A stretch of DNA of 38,561 nt, taken from the IMG/VR virus record IMGVR_UViG_2703718787_000016; one strand, given 5' to 3'. The notes beneath the pieces were generated by a model that did no database searches, was not told the DNA's origin, and worked only from the letters and a program-made list of their open reading frames with translations. The DNA is from a virus. Its lineage: Duplodnaviria > Heunggongvirae > Uroviricota > Caudoviricetes. Positions 7,929-16,381 of this stretch are shown piece after piece (within the stretch, counting starts at the first letter, position 1; each line of letters opens with the position of its first letter). A program made the position numbers and the translations under genes.

Positions 7929-10438
7929 GTGACCGCAATGCACAGCTGGCGTACCCGTGGAACGCACCGCTACCGGTTATCGATCCTGAAACGTTCGGCA
8001 GAGCACAACCAACCGCATTACGCCAGGCCATTCAGAGCTACATCAACGAGGACATTCGCATTGATGCCAGACTGGATGAAGAAACCGTCTCCTTCCTGAC
8101 AAACACAGACGAAGGCAAGCGAATTAATTCGCATCTTCACCACGACGAAGAGCGTCGGGTCAGACTGGAAAAACTGGCGAAGCACAAACGCGAGAATCCG
8201 CCCACGGTGGTATCGGAAGCCATGGCAGAACTTCGCGCCCTGCCCTCGTTTCTTGGCAACGTGCTCATTCGTGATCTGGCGCGTTTAAACCGCAAACAAC
8301 AAAGCGCCCGCAATGAAGGCGTGAAAAACAACAACACTCACGTGGCCGATAACTTCGTTCGCCGTGGACTGCGCACACGCCTGAAACGCATCGAACAGGT
8401 GAATGAATGCTTCGCCACGACGGCATTCAAAGCCACCGCAGCGCGTCATCGCCTTGATGAATTACTCATGCTGCCACAACTCAACCGTGATCAAATTCAG
8501 CGCCTTGCCACACTAACGGCGGCGGCATTTTCCACCGAACTGGAACGCATATGTGATGAAGTTACTGAGCGGACAGGAAAAGGCGACGATAACCTGTTTA
8601 CCTGGTTGCTGACTTACCAGCAGCTGGCGCGCATGGCAATAAAACTGGGCGTGAACCCACCATACTGGCCGTCACTCGAGATCAGACGTGACCGCCGCAC
8701 GGCACCAGACCCTGAACGGGTACCGGGCGCGGTAATGCGTATCACCTGCGCCACCTGGTGGAACAACCAGCTGCGCCACCTCGCTGATCTCTGGCGGGAG
8801 GAATTACTGCGTGCCGCCGGAAGAGTATCGCGCAAGGCATCCCCCTACATCAGCCATGAGTCACTCCAGGAATTCCGGGAGAAACGCCAGCGCACCCGTG
8901 ATTTTCTCAAAAGCTGGGACATTGAAAACGAAGACGGTGAACGCCTGAGCCTGGAGGACGTGTACTGGTCAGGGCTGGGGAATCCGCGCAACCGCCGCAA
9001 CGAGATGATGGCCTGCGTCAGAGGGATGGAACAGGTCGCCGAATCGCGTGGTGACTCCGCGTTCTTCGTGACAGTGACCTGCCCTTCCCGCTTTCACAGC
9101 GTAAACGAGGACGGCAGCCTGAACCAGAAATACAACGGTGCCACCGTGCGCGATGCCAGTGATTATCTGGTTTACGACGTCTTTGCAGCTGCAAGAAAAA
9201 AACTCAACAAAGAAGGCCTGAGCTGGTACGGGGTGCGCACCGTTGAGCCACACCATGACGGCACACCGCACTGGCACATGCTGGTATTCACCGCCCCGGA
9301 CAATGAAGAACGCATCATTGAAATCATGCGTGACGCAGCAATCAAATCAGATCGCGCAGAACTGGGGAATGATATTTCTCCGCGCTTCAAGTGCGAAAAA
9401 ATCGACCCGGCAAAAGGCACACCGGCAAGCTACATCGCAACCTATATTGGCAAGAACCTGGACGCCAGCACCTTTCACGACAATGACCCGAAAACCGGCA
9501 AACCTTACGCCGATAAAGAATCGGGAAAAACCATGGCGGAAACCGTGGAAAACGCCATTGCCTGGGCGAGTCTCCACCGCATCCGGCAGTTCCAGTTCTT
9601 CGGTATCCCGCCCCGCCAGGTATGGCGTGAACTCCGCCGCCTTGCCGGACAAATGGAGCGTAACCCCGCATCACCGAAGCGCCTGGACCATGACGACATT
9701 GACGCCATTCTGGCCGCCGCTGACGTGGGGTGTTTTGCCACCTACATCAACCGTCAGGGCGGCGTGCTCATTCCACGCAACCTGTACCTGATCCGCACCG
9801 CATACGAAACCGCAGATGAGGCCAACGACTACGGCGAATTCCCGCAGCGCATCTACGGAATTTGTGCCCCGTCGCTCGGCGAGCGCTACACCATCTGCAC
9901 CCATCCGGACGAGTGGAAACTGGTCAGAAAAGAAGCGAAAGCCGACAACAGCACGGACGAGGATTTTGACGTTGGGGGCGGCTTCGCCGCACCTTGGACT
10001 CGTGGCAATAACTGTCCCCATGATGAAAAAACAGACACCGGAGAGGGTAAAACCCCACCACCGGAAACCAGGAAAGAACAAAAACTGACCATCCCGGAAG
10101 GTGATTTGAGCGAATGGTTAAGGTCACTGACCCCCACAGAGAGAAAACAACTCACCAGGCAGCTGAAAGATGCGCCATCTGACACAAAAACCGTGAAAAC
10201 CGGCGGCCCCACCACGCCCGATGACGTCATACATGTGCGTACAGCATTGCCGCTGACTGACGTCACCACCACCGTAATCAAGTCGGCACTGAGCACGACG
10301 GGCGAGGAGCTACACAGTGGCGCAGCACTTTCCGTACACAGAGGTGCACGCGTTCGCCTGCCTGACGGGCGGATTGTGCACTGGGATGAAAAATCACGAA
10401 GCCTGGTGGCAGCAGATCAACCGGAGGTTAACCCATGA
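7925..10438 (+). CDS. A: Replication initiation endonuclease, P2 gpA-like (rolling-circle HUH initiator)
   Basis: 837 aa with an HUH-type metal motif (HHDGTPHWHMLVF) and paired active-site tyrosines (YIATYIGKNL); position and size match P2 gene A. Confidence 0.92.
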   Translation: MSDRNAQLAYPWNAPLPVIDPETFGRAQPTALRQAIQSYINEDIRIDARLDEETVSFLTNTDEGKRINSHLHHDEERRVRLEKLAKHKRENPPTVVSEAMAELRALPSFLGNVLIRDLARLNRKQQSARNEGVKNNNTHVADNFVRRGLRTRLKRIEQVNECFATTAFKATAARHRLDELLMLPQLNRDQIQRLATLTAAAFSTELERICDEVTERTGKGDDNLFTWLLTYQQLARMAIKLGVNPPYWPSLEIRRDRRTAPDPERVPGAVMRITCATWWNNQLRHLADLWREELLRAAGRVSRKASPYISHESLQEFREKRQRTRDFLKSWDIENEDGERLSLEDVYWSGLGNPRNRRNEMMACVRGMEQVAESRGDSAFFVTVTCPSRFHSVNEDGSLNQKYNGATVRDASDYLVYDVFAAARKKLNKEGLSWYGVRTVEPHHDGTPHWHMLVFTAPDNEERIIEIMRDAAIKSDRAELGNDISPRFKCEKIDPAKGTPASYIATYIGKNLDASTFHDNDPKTGKPYADKESGKTMAETVENAIAWASLHRIRQFQFFGIPPRQVWRELRRLAGQMERNPASPKRLDHDDIDAILAAADVGCFATYINRQGGVLIPRNLYLIRTAYETADEANDYGEFPQRIYGICAPSLGERYTICTHPDEWKLVRKEAKADNSTDEDFDVGGGFAAPWTRGNNCPHDEKTDTGEGKTPPPETRKEQKLTIPEGDLSEWLRSLTPTERKQLTRQLKDAPSDTKTVKTGGPTTPDDVIHVRTALPLTDVTTTVIKSALSTTGEELHSGAALSVHRGARVRLPDGRIVHWDEKSRSLVAADQPEVNP

Positions 10439-10839
10439 CACGATTCCATTGCGTACTCCAGCGCCATGATTTCAGCACCATCATGAACGCACGCATTCCG
10501 GCACTGACACTGAGCGGCGTCAGTGTTCGACCGCAGCCAGGCGACGAACTGGAAATCACGATCGCCAGTCCCGATCGCAGCACAGACACCGTTATGACCG
10601 ACATCCTGACTGCAAGAATCAACACCGACAGAAGCGCATTCATCGTTGCCGTGCGCCCTCGTCGCGCCATATCAGAGCCTGAACCACTGACTCCCGTAGG
10701 AAAAATCATGCAGGCATACCACGAAAAACAGACCAGAAAACTCAACGAAGAACTGGCAAGAACGCTGGCCGTCGTTAACCGAAAAGCGGCAATTGTCCGC
10801 TATGTGCATTCGGCCGCCAGCAGGCAATCACGCAGGTAA
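10435..10839 (+). CDS. Hypothetical protein after gpA (134 aa)
   Basis: ORF overlapping the gpA stop; no motif recognised. Confidence 0.5.
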   Translation: MTRFHCVLQRHDFSTIMNARIPALTLSGVSVRPQPGDELEITIASPDRSTDTVMTDILTARINTDRSAFIVAVRPRRAISEPEPLTPVGKIMQAYHEKQTRKLNEELARTLAVVNRKAAIVRYVHSAASRQSRR

Positions 10840-10887
10840 CAAAAGACCATGAACATGACCAGAAACAGCAAACCGAAGGAGCACACC

Positions 10888-11058
10888 ATGAACGACATCA
10901 GGAGGATCAGCGACAAAGAGCTTACGAAAATGATTGAGTCGGCGCAGCAGCTGCTTTCACGACGAAATCCGGTTGTGGAAGAAACATGGTGGGAAAATTT
11001 ACTGGCAGCACTGACCGAACTCCGCGAACGCCGGAACAACGAAGGAGCCGCCAAATGA
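10888..11058 (+). CDS. Hypothetical small protein (56 aa)
   Basis: AAGGAG Shine-Dalgarno motif upstream of the ATG at 10888; stop overlaps the next start (ATGA). Confidence 0.4.
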   Translation: MNDIRRISDKELTKMIESAQQLLSRRNPVVEETWWENLLAALTELRERRNNEGAAK

Positions 11059-11393
11059 AGACACCCAGAATGACCGGAAAGGTAATCATTTTACGCTACC
11101 TGGAAACGCACGCACGCTTCAGCGCACCAGAGCTGGTTGAAAAACTGGGCGTGAAAAGGACCATCATTAATCAGGCCGCCGGGAAGATGGTACGCGAAGG
11201 GCTGCTGGTTGTGGACGGGTACACGGACAAGATAACGCATTACCGGAAGCTAACGGAAAAGGAACGACTGGAGCTGGCGCAACGGGCAGAATGGCAACAA
11301 GAGCCGTCCGTAATTGAAGCCTGCAAGCGCAGCGAAATCATGAAGCGAATTCTATTTATCTACGGCGCTGGCGAAGAGCTGCCAGTCATCTAA
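11055..11393 (+). CDS. Putative winged-helix DNA-binding protein (112 aa)
   Basis: GGAG Shine-Dalgarno motif then ATG at 11055; helix-turn-helix-like segment (SAPELVEKLGVKRTIINQAAGKMVREGLL). Assignment by pattern only. Confidence 0.45.
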   Translation: MKTPRMTGKVIILRYLETHARFSAPELVEKLGVKRTIINQAAGKMVREGLLVVDGYTDKITHYRKLTEKERLELAQRAEWQQEPSVIEACKRSEIMKRILFIYGAGEELPVI

Positions 11394-11425
11394 CCCCAAC
11401 AATAAAACCAACACGGGAGACAAAT

Positions 11426-11743
11426 ATGCCAACACAGGTTGCAACAGAGGGACGACTGGCAGCAGACCCGAACACAAGGAGAACAACCAAAGGAACCAAC
11501 GTCACAACGGCACAACTGGCGGTATCACTACCCTGCCATGGCGCAGAACAGCCAACCACAATGTGGCTTTACCTTATTGCATTCGGGAAGCAGCACGAAG
11601 AACTGGCAAAACACAGAAAAGGCGATCTGATTCTGGTGCACGGAAACTTGCAGGTAAACAGGTATCAGGACAAGTACGGGCAACAGAAAGAGGGCTGGCA
11701 GTTGCTGGCGCAAAGCATTATCAGCTCAAGAACCGGGCGATGA
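11426..11743 (+). CDS. SSB-like OB-fold protein lacking a C-terminal tail (105 aa)
   Basis: Aligns by eye to the bacterial SSB OB-fold core (EGRLAADP...T..G..V; WLYLIAFGKQHEELAKHRKGDLILVHGNL...Y.D.YGQ), with no Gly/Pro-rich linker or acidic tail. Confidence 0.6.
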   Translation: MPTQVATEGRLAADPNTRRTTKGTNVTTAQLAVSLPCHGAEQPTTMWLYLIAFGKQHEELAKHRKGDLILVHGNLQVNRYQDKYGQQKEGWQLLAQSIISSRTGR

Positions 11744-11753
11744 CTTCACGCAT

Positions 11754-11794
11754 GTTACCCTCAGCAGCGAGGGTAACACAGGATTTCTTTTTTC
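11754..11794 (+). terminator. Rho-independent terminator ending the early operon
   Basis: Perfect 9-bp stem GTTACCCTC/GAGGGTAAC with 6-nt loop, followed by a T-run (tttcttttttc). Confidence 0.5.
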
Positions 11795-12329
11795 AGTCAA
11801 ACCGAAATCGGCCGCTTGTCGCGTATGCATAGGTGACCACCGCACCCAGCGCATTCACACGCTTCTTCACATAAATCACATTACCATCCTGATAGTCACC
11901 GTATGGGTAGCAAATAAATATTGTTTTTTGCAAATCAGGATCATCAACAAATGCCCCTGAACAACTTTTTGAGCTACCGCGACTGTACTCATAGGGAGCG
12001 GAATAGAATGAATCTTCACCCGGAAGAAAATATATCAGCGTAACCAGGAGGGTAAACAGAATCATCCAGGTAAGAAGGCACATACCCGAAAAAAACTTAA
12101 GATACGATGTAACCCCGGTAAATTTAGACCGATCAACCAGGTTCTTTTTCAACAGGCACAGTGAGACAAAAACCGAAAGCACCACAGACACTGAAACAAG
12201 GCAGTTTGTCGTGAACGAATAAAGGTAGGTAATTCTGTAAACATCGTTTCGCCACCAAATAAAAAGAAAAATCCCCCCCAAAACAGAAAGCGTGACAAAA
12301 GTTAAATAAGGATATGAGTAATTTTTCAT
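11793..12329 (-). CDS. Accessory membrane protein of unknown function (178 aa; three hydrophobic segments and a Cys/Tyr-rich C-terminal domain)
   Basis: ATG at 12329; hydrophobic segments (LTFVTLSVLGGIFLFIWW, LVSVSVVLSVFVSLCLL, MCLLTWMILFTLLVTLIYFL). AT-rich codon usage unlike the neighbouring phage genes; sits between the early-operon terminator and the candidate cos. Confidence 0.55.
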   Translation of the reverse strand: MKNYSYPYLTFVTLSVLGGIFLFIWWRNDVYRITYLYSFTTNCLVSVSVVLSVFVSLCLLKKNLVDRSKFTGVTSYLKFFSGMCLLTWMILFTLLVTLIYFLPGEDSFYSAPYEYSRGSSKSCSGAFVDDPDLQKTIFICYPYGDYQDGNVIYVKKRVNALGAVVTYAYATSGRFRFD

Positions 12330-12691
12330 AGTTCTCACCCGGCAGTCTCCCACTGATTCAGACAGATGAATATCATCACCACCTGCCACAAAAAATCGCA
12401 AGATCAAAACTGCACAAAAGCGCACGAAATTGCACAATTTTTCTAATGTACTTTTTCCCCATTCCGCCCGGTAACGGCGCTGGCTGAAGCCACTTTGCAC
12501 GGTGCACGAAAAACAAGGCAATTGCAGCGCGCAGGCGACGAGGGAAGGGCGCCCGAATTGAGGGGTGGAAGGCAGGTTGCTTTATTTGGGGTCGTATTGC
12601 GCGTGATACGCGCGCAGTGAAGCCAGTTTTGAAAAACCACATCAAAACATGGTCAGGGAAACAGGCCGTCAGAATGCGTCTGATTGCGTCT

Positions 12692-12723
12692 GGCGAGGTC
12701 GGAGATCGGGAGGGAAACGGATG
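12692..12723. other. Candidate cos (cohesive-end) region
   Basis: GGCGAGGTCGGAGATCGGGAGGGAAACGG loosely resembles the P2/186 cos sequence as I recall it (GGCGAGGCGGGGAAAGCA) and lies where cos is expected, between the replication-distal accessory genes and Q. Weak, memory-based match. Confidence 0.25.
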
Positions 12724-12874
12724 TGACGAACGGGATAAAAAAGAGAGACAAAAATCACTGAAATCATAAAGTTAATAGAATTTAAAGTATCAGTCATTCA
12801 CGGGTGAAAACTTGCGCACAATATGAGGTGAGCGCAGAATACAGGCTGGCATAAACAGACCAAAGGAGAGCGAC

Positions 12875-13378
12875 ATGAGCCATTTTCGCGATTTGTACCT
12901 GGCAAACAAAAAGAGCCGGGACGCGAGGCGGGAGGTTACAGGGATTCTGCGCAATCAGGCTGAAAAGCTGGTTGCTTTTTATGAGCAGTGGCTGGAATTG
13001 CCTTCAGAGACATGGGAAGACAAAGACGGCGAGCATCATCGTTACGTTGATACGGGGTTTCCGTGCAGAAACGATCGGGACTTCAGGCCATTTCCGGTAA
13101 ATATGATTGCAACCGACACAGATAACATATTCCGGATGGCTGTAAGAACATGGGTTGACTCACACGATGAAGGAGAGTCGGTAAACATAGTCCTGGCAAT
13201 GGAATTACATTCCGTCGGAAAAGACGGTGTATCTCTTCGGGTTCGCGTGGAAGATGATACCTCCATTCGCGTGGTCATCAACGGAGACGGTGACAGGGAA
13301 TGGCTGCCGATAGTAAACAGCATGAAGATACATATTATCAGCAAGCTGCAAAGAAGAACGCCATCCGCATTCCGTTAA
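12875..13378 (+). CDS. Accessory soluble acidic protein of unknown function (167 aa)
   Basis: Strong AAGGAG Shine-Dalgarno motif before the ATG at 12875; followed by its own terminator hairpin; no motif recognised. Confidence 0.6.
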   Translation: MSHFRDLYLANKKSRDARREVTGILRNQAEKLVAFYEQWLELPSETWEDKDGEHHRYVDTGFPCRNDRDFRPFPVNMIATDTDNIFRMAVRTWVDSHDEGESVNIVLAMELHSVGKDGVSLRVRVEDDTSIRVVINGDGDREWLPIVNSMKIHIISKLQRRTPSAFR

Positions 13379-13392
13379 GAGAGCTGGAGAGT

Positions 13393-13417
13393 CGGGGCAT
13401 AAATTTTTTATGCCCCG
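13393..13417. terminator. Bidirectional terminator hairpin between the accessory ORF and portal gene Q
   Basis: CGGGGCATAAA-TTT-TTTATGCCCCG perfect inverted repeat with an A/T-rich centre, between convergent genes. Confidence 0.6.
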
Positions 13418-13443
13418 GCGAAGCAGCAGACAAGCGAAGCGCG

Positions 13444-14487
13444 TCAGCTGGCGTTATCCAGAAGCAGGGCATAGGGGTTAAAGCGCATCACCTCAACGCC
13501 AAGCCATTCATTGACATGCTTCATGGCCTCCATGACAGGTTGCAACTCGTTGATGAAAAACACTCTCGCCGCTTTTTCAACGTCACCAAACGCCGCATTC
13601 CCGTCAGGCATTGCCCCCATCAGTTGAGGTGGTACACGATGGGCAGCAAGGATATCGTCGCGGGCGCTCCCCTTGATGTTCAGGAATTCATCCTTTGCGG
13701 TTATCTGCTGGAACGGCAGTATTTGCACACCATCCTTGCCACCACCCGGCGCATGTAGAAACAGGTTTTTAAACGCCCCGCGACCACGGGAATCCGTAAG
13801 CGTTTTTTTAATGGCCTCGACACTTTCCGCATTCGCCTGAGATGTGCCTACATAGATAATACACCCGGCATGAGAGCCGTTATCGTAGTAGAGCTTGCGG
13901 AATGTATCCGCTGAGTTTGACAGGCTGACAGACAGCAACCCGCCGATATATTCCGGCATCCCGTAGATCTCCTGATTAATATCAGGATTAAGCACGTGGC
14001 ACACAGTCCCTTTCCTGAAACTGAACTCCGTACCGTCGTCGTTGAGATACCAGTAGGTATCCAGGTCACTTCCCCTGCGTGTATATTTTGCCAGTGCCGG
14101 GCGAAGCAGGAGTGGTTCCCCCAGCCTGTTACGCCGCACTTCAAGATAGGCATTACCAAACACAAACCAGTCGAGCGCAAACGCTGAAAACGCCTGGCGG
14201 GACAGCAGAGGGTGAGGAACAAAGCACCCGTTCAGGGCGTTGCGCTTGAAGTACAAAGCCGACTGATGCCAGGACGCACGACGGGATGCACGGGCGATAG
14301 CGTTCCAGTCCATGGGGGTATCAAAGTAGCGCCCGTTATCTGCACATGACATGTTATCCAGGAGATCCATGCGGCTGACTTCATAGGGCCCATCAAAGGT
14401 GAATGCGCTGAGTGCAGGCGTTGATTTCAGTGCATCGTGTAGCGAATCCTGCCCCCTCTTTCCGGTGTATTTTTTGCGTTTACTCAT
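13444..14487 (-). CDS. Q: Portal protein, P2 gpQ-like
   Basis: 347 aa, matching P2 Q in size and in position next to the terminase ATPase on the same strand. Confidence 0.9.
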   Translation of the reverse strand: MSKRKKYTGKRGQDSLHDALKSTPALSAFTFDGPYEVSRMDLLDNMSCADNGRYFDTPMDWNAIARASRRASWHQSALYFKRNALNGCFVPHPLLSRQAFSAFALDWFVFGNAYLEVRRNRLGEPLLLRPALAKYTRRGSDLDTYWYLNDDGTEFSFRKGTVCHVLNPDINQEIYGMPEYIGGLLSVSLSNSADTFRKLYYDNGSHAGCIIYVGTSQANAESVEAIKKTLTDSRGRGAFKNLFLHAPGGGKDGVQILPFQQITAKDEFLNIKGSARDDILAAHRVPPQLMGAMPDGNAAFGDVEKAARVFFINELQPVMEAMKHVNEWLGVEVMRFNPYALLLDNAS

Positions 14488-14492
14488 TGTGT

Positions 14493-16241
14493 TCAGAACT
14501 CCATTGCAAAGCCGCGATTATCCTCACGCTCCGCACCAATTGGCTCATTGATAACAGCAAGCATGGTTGCCCAGGCGAGGTCACCATGGCTGACGCCACG
14601 GGAGCGGTCGGTGTCGTAGGTGATATAGCCGCCGGGTGTCTGTATTTTTCGCACCGATGCGAATGCCTGGATCAGGTCACGTTCACTGCGGTCATACTCC
14701 CAGCGTCCGGCACGCACCACCTGAAGCATTTTCATGACCAGTGCCCGCTTGGAGGCGATATTGAAGTTGTACGGTACGGCCATCGGGAAAAACTTTTTCA
14801 CAATCTGATAAACCCCCTCCCCGTTCCCGCCGGTCACATCAATGCCGATATGTTTCACGTTATATTTTTGGGTGTATTCCTCAATCAGTGCGGCCTGCTG
14901 TTCAAACTCCATCCCCTGAACCCTGACAGTTTCCACCGTGCGAAAACGCCCACCGGCAACAAGGGGCGGCACGCACACCGACAGTGCCCCGCAGTCCCCC
15001 TTCCCGCTGCTGCCGTTGGCGTCATACCCAAGCCAGACCTCCCTCACCCCCATAGGGCGGGCAGCAAAAGGTTTCCAGTCAGGCCATTCGTCATAGCCGT
15101 CAACACCGCAGCCGGTGAGCGCACTCAGGCTGAAGGCTGCCTCACCATCACGGACAAATTCGCACATGTACAGATTACGAAATTCACTTTCTGTATTTTC
15201 GCTGCGAATAACACCAATATTGGTGTACCGCCATCCGTTAGCGACAGCATCCTCAATAGTGACAATCTGCCGCCATGTTTCGTCAGGAAAGAGCACGCCC
15301 CCCTTCAGATGCGCATGTGAAACATCAAACTCACTGCGTTTTGAGCGTGGCTGTTCGCTGTTCCAGCGGTCCCCCGTCCAGAACTGATACGCCTCATGTG
15401 TTTCACCTGACGGTGTTGAAAAGTAGGTTCGCGTAAGCCCTTCCAGTGTCGCCATTGCCCCAGCAACCTTCCTGAGTTCCACAAAGTTACTGACCCAAAA
15501 AAATTCATCAAATTTAAGGTGTCCGGTATACGACTGAGCGGTTGCTGCCGATGTGCCAAGGAAGTGAAGCTCTGCACCGTTAGACAAAACAATCTTGTCA
15601 CCCCCTTTCAGTTCGACATCAACTTCCAGCGCCGCCTGCTGAATAAAGTGTTTGAACTGATACGCCTGGCGACGGGATGCGGACAAAAATATCTGGTTGC
15701 GCTGGTACCCGGCGGAGACATCATCACGCAGTGCATCAAGGAGTGCTTCGCGCGCAAAATACCAGGTCGCACCAATCTGACGCGACTTCAGGATCATGCG
15801 GTTGCGGTGATGGCGGTTGTCGTACCATTCGCGCTGATGCCAGGCCAGTGACGGCAGGATTTTTTCCCTGAGTGCGACAATCTGCTCTTCGGTGAAGTGA
15901 TTTTTCAGTTTGCGCCTGCGGGGCTTCTTACCGGAAACAGCCTGTTCTCCCTGACCGTCATTCAGTTTTTTCAGCTGGCGCGTCAGCAGGTCAATTTCCT
16001 TAAAGTCACCGCCGCTTTTATCCGGTTTGGCGGTGAGCTGTATCAGGCGTGCATCAATGGACTGGGTGACCCGCTGGATCGGGGGAGTGGCATCCCACTC
16101 ATCGCGTTTTTTCCACGAATAAATCGTGTTCTGGTTTATTCCCATCAGCTGAGCGATATCCGCCGGGGTATACCCCTGCCAGTAAAGCTGTTTCGCCCGC
16201 ATACGAATAAAGACATCCTGGATCATTGCACCCCCTGACAT
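14493..16241 (-). CDS. P: Terminase large (ATPase) subunit, P2 gpP-like
   Basis: Large ORF divergent from the scaffold gene, in the P2 Q-P arrangement. Start taken as ATG 16241; an alternative ATG at 16226 has a better GGGGGTG Shine-Dalgarno motif. Confidence 0.92.
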   Translation of the reverse strand: MSGGAMIQDVFIRMRAKQLYWQGYTPADIAQLMGINQNTIYSWKKRDEWDATPPIQRVTQSIDARLIQLTAKPDKSGGDFKEIDLLTRQLKKLNDGQGEQAVSGKKPRRRKLKNHFTEEQIVALREKILPSLAWHQREWYDNRHHRNRMILKSRQIGATWYFAREALLDALRDDVSAGYQRNQIFLSASRRQAYQFKHFIQQAALEVDVELKGGDKIVLSNGAELHFLGTSAATAQSYTGHLKFDEFFWVSNFVELRKVAGAMATLEGLTRTYFSTPSGETHEAYQFWTGDRWNSEQPRSKRSEFDVSHAHLKGGVLFPDETWRQIVTIEDAVANGWRYTNIGVIRSENTESEFRNLYMCEFVRDGEAAFSLSALTGCGVDGYDEWPDWKPFAARPMGVREVWLGYDANGSSGKGDCGALSVCVPPLVAGGRFRTVETVRVQGMEFEQQAALIEEYTQKYNVKHIGIDVTGGNGEGVYQIVKKFFPMAVPYNFNIASKRALVMKMLQVVRAGRWEYDRSERDLIQAFASVRKIQTPGGYITYDTDRSRGVSHGDLAWATMLAVINEPIGAEREDNRGFAMEF

Positions 16242-16291
16242 TAACAGGGCAAGATTAAGCCTCAGCAATACCGCCTGATACCAGCCCGCGT

Positions 16292-16309
16292 TGTCCCCGT
16301 CGCCATACA
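16292..16309. promoter_or_regulatory. TGT-N12-ACA element in the divergent P/O late promoter region (candidate Ogr binding site)
   Basis: TGTccccgtcgccatACA sits between the divergent P and O starts, matching the dyad consensus of P2-family late promoters. Confidence 0.5.
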
Positions 16310-16381
16310 ACTTAAGCACCTTGAGACACACCGTTATCTGCCGCCATCATGGGAAAAACGACCAGGTTATGGAGAATTTCC

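Noticed and set aside
8137-10296. Multiple 60- to 180-aa ORFs in alternative frames within the replication gene A region
   Set aside because: All are nested in a single long conserved frame with HUH and tyrosine motifs; their translations are low complexity.
14412-15320. 302-aa plus-strand ORF antisense to the terminase large subunit
   Set aside because: Lies entirely inside a strongly supported conserved gene on the other strand; typical shadow ORF.
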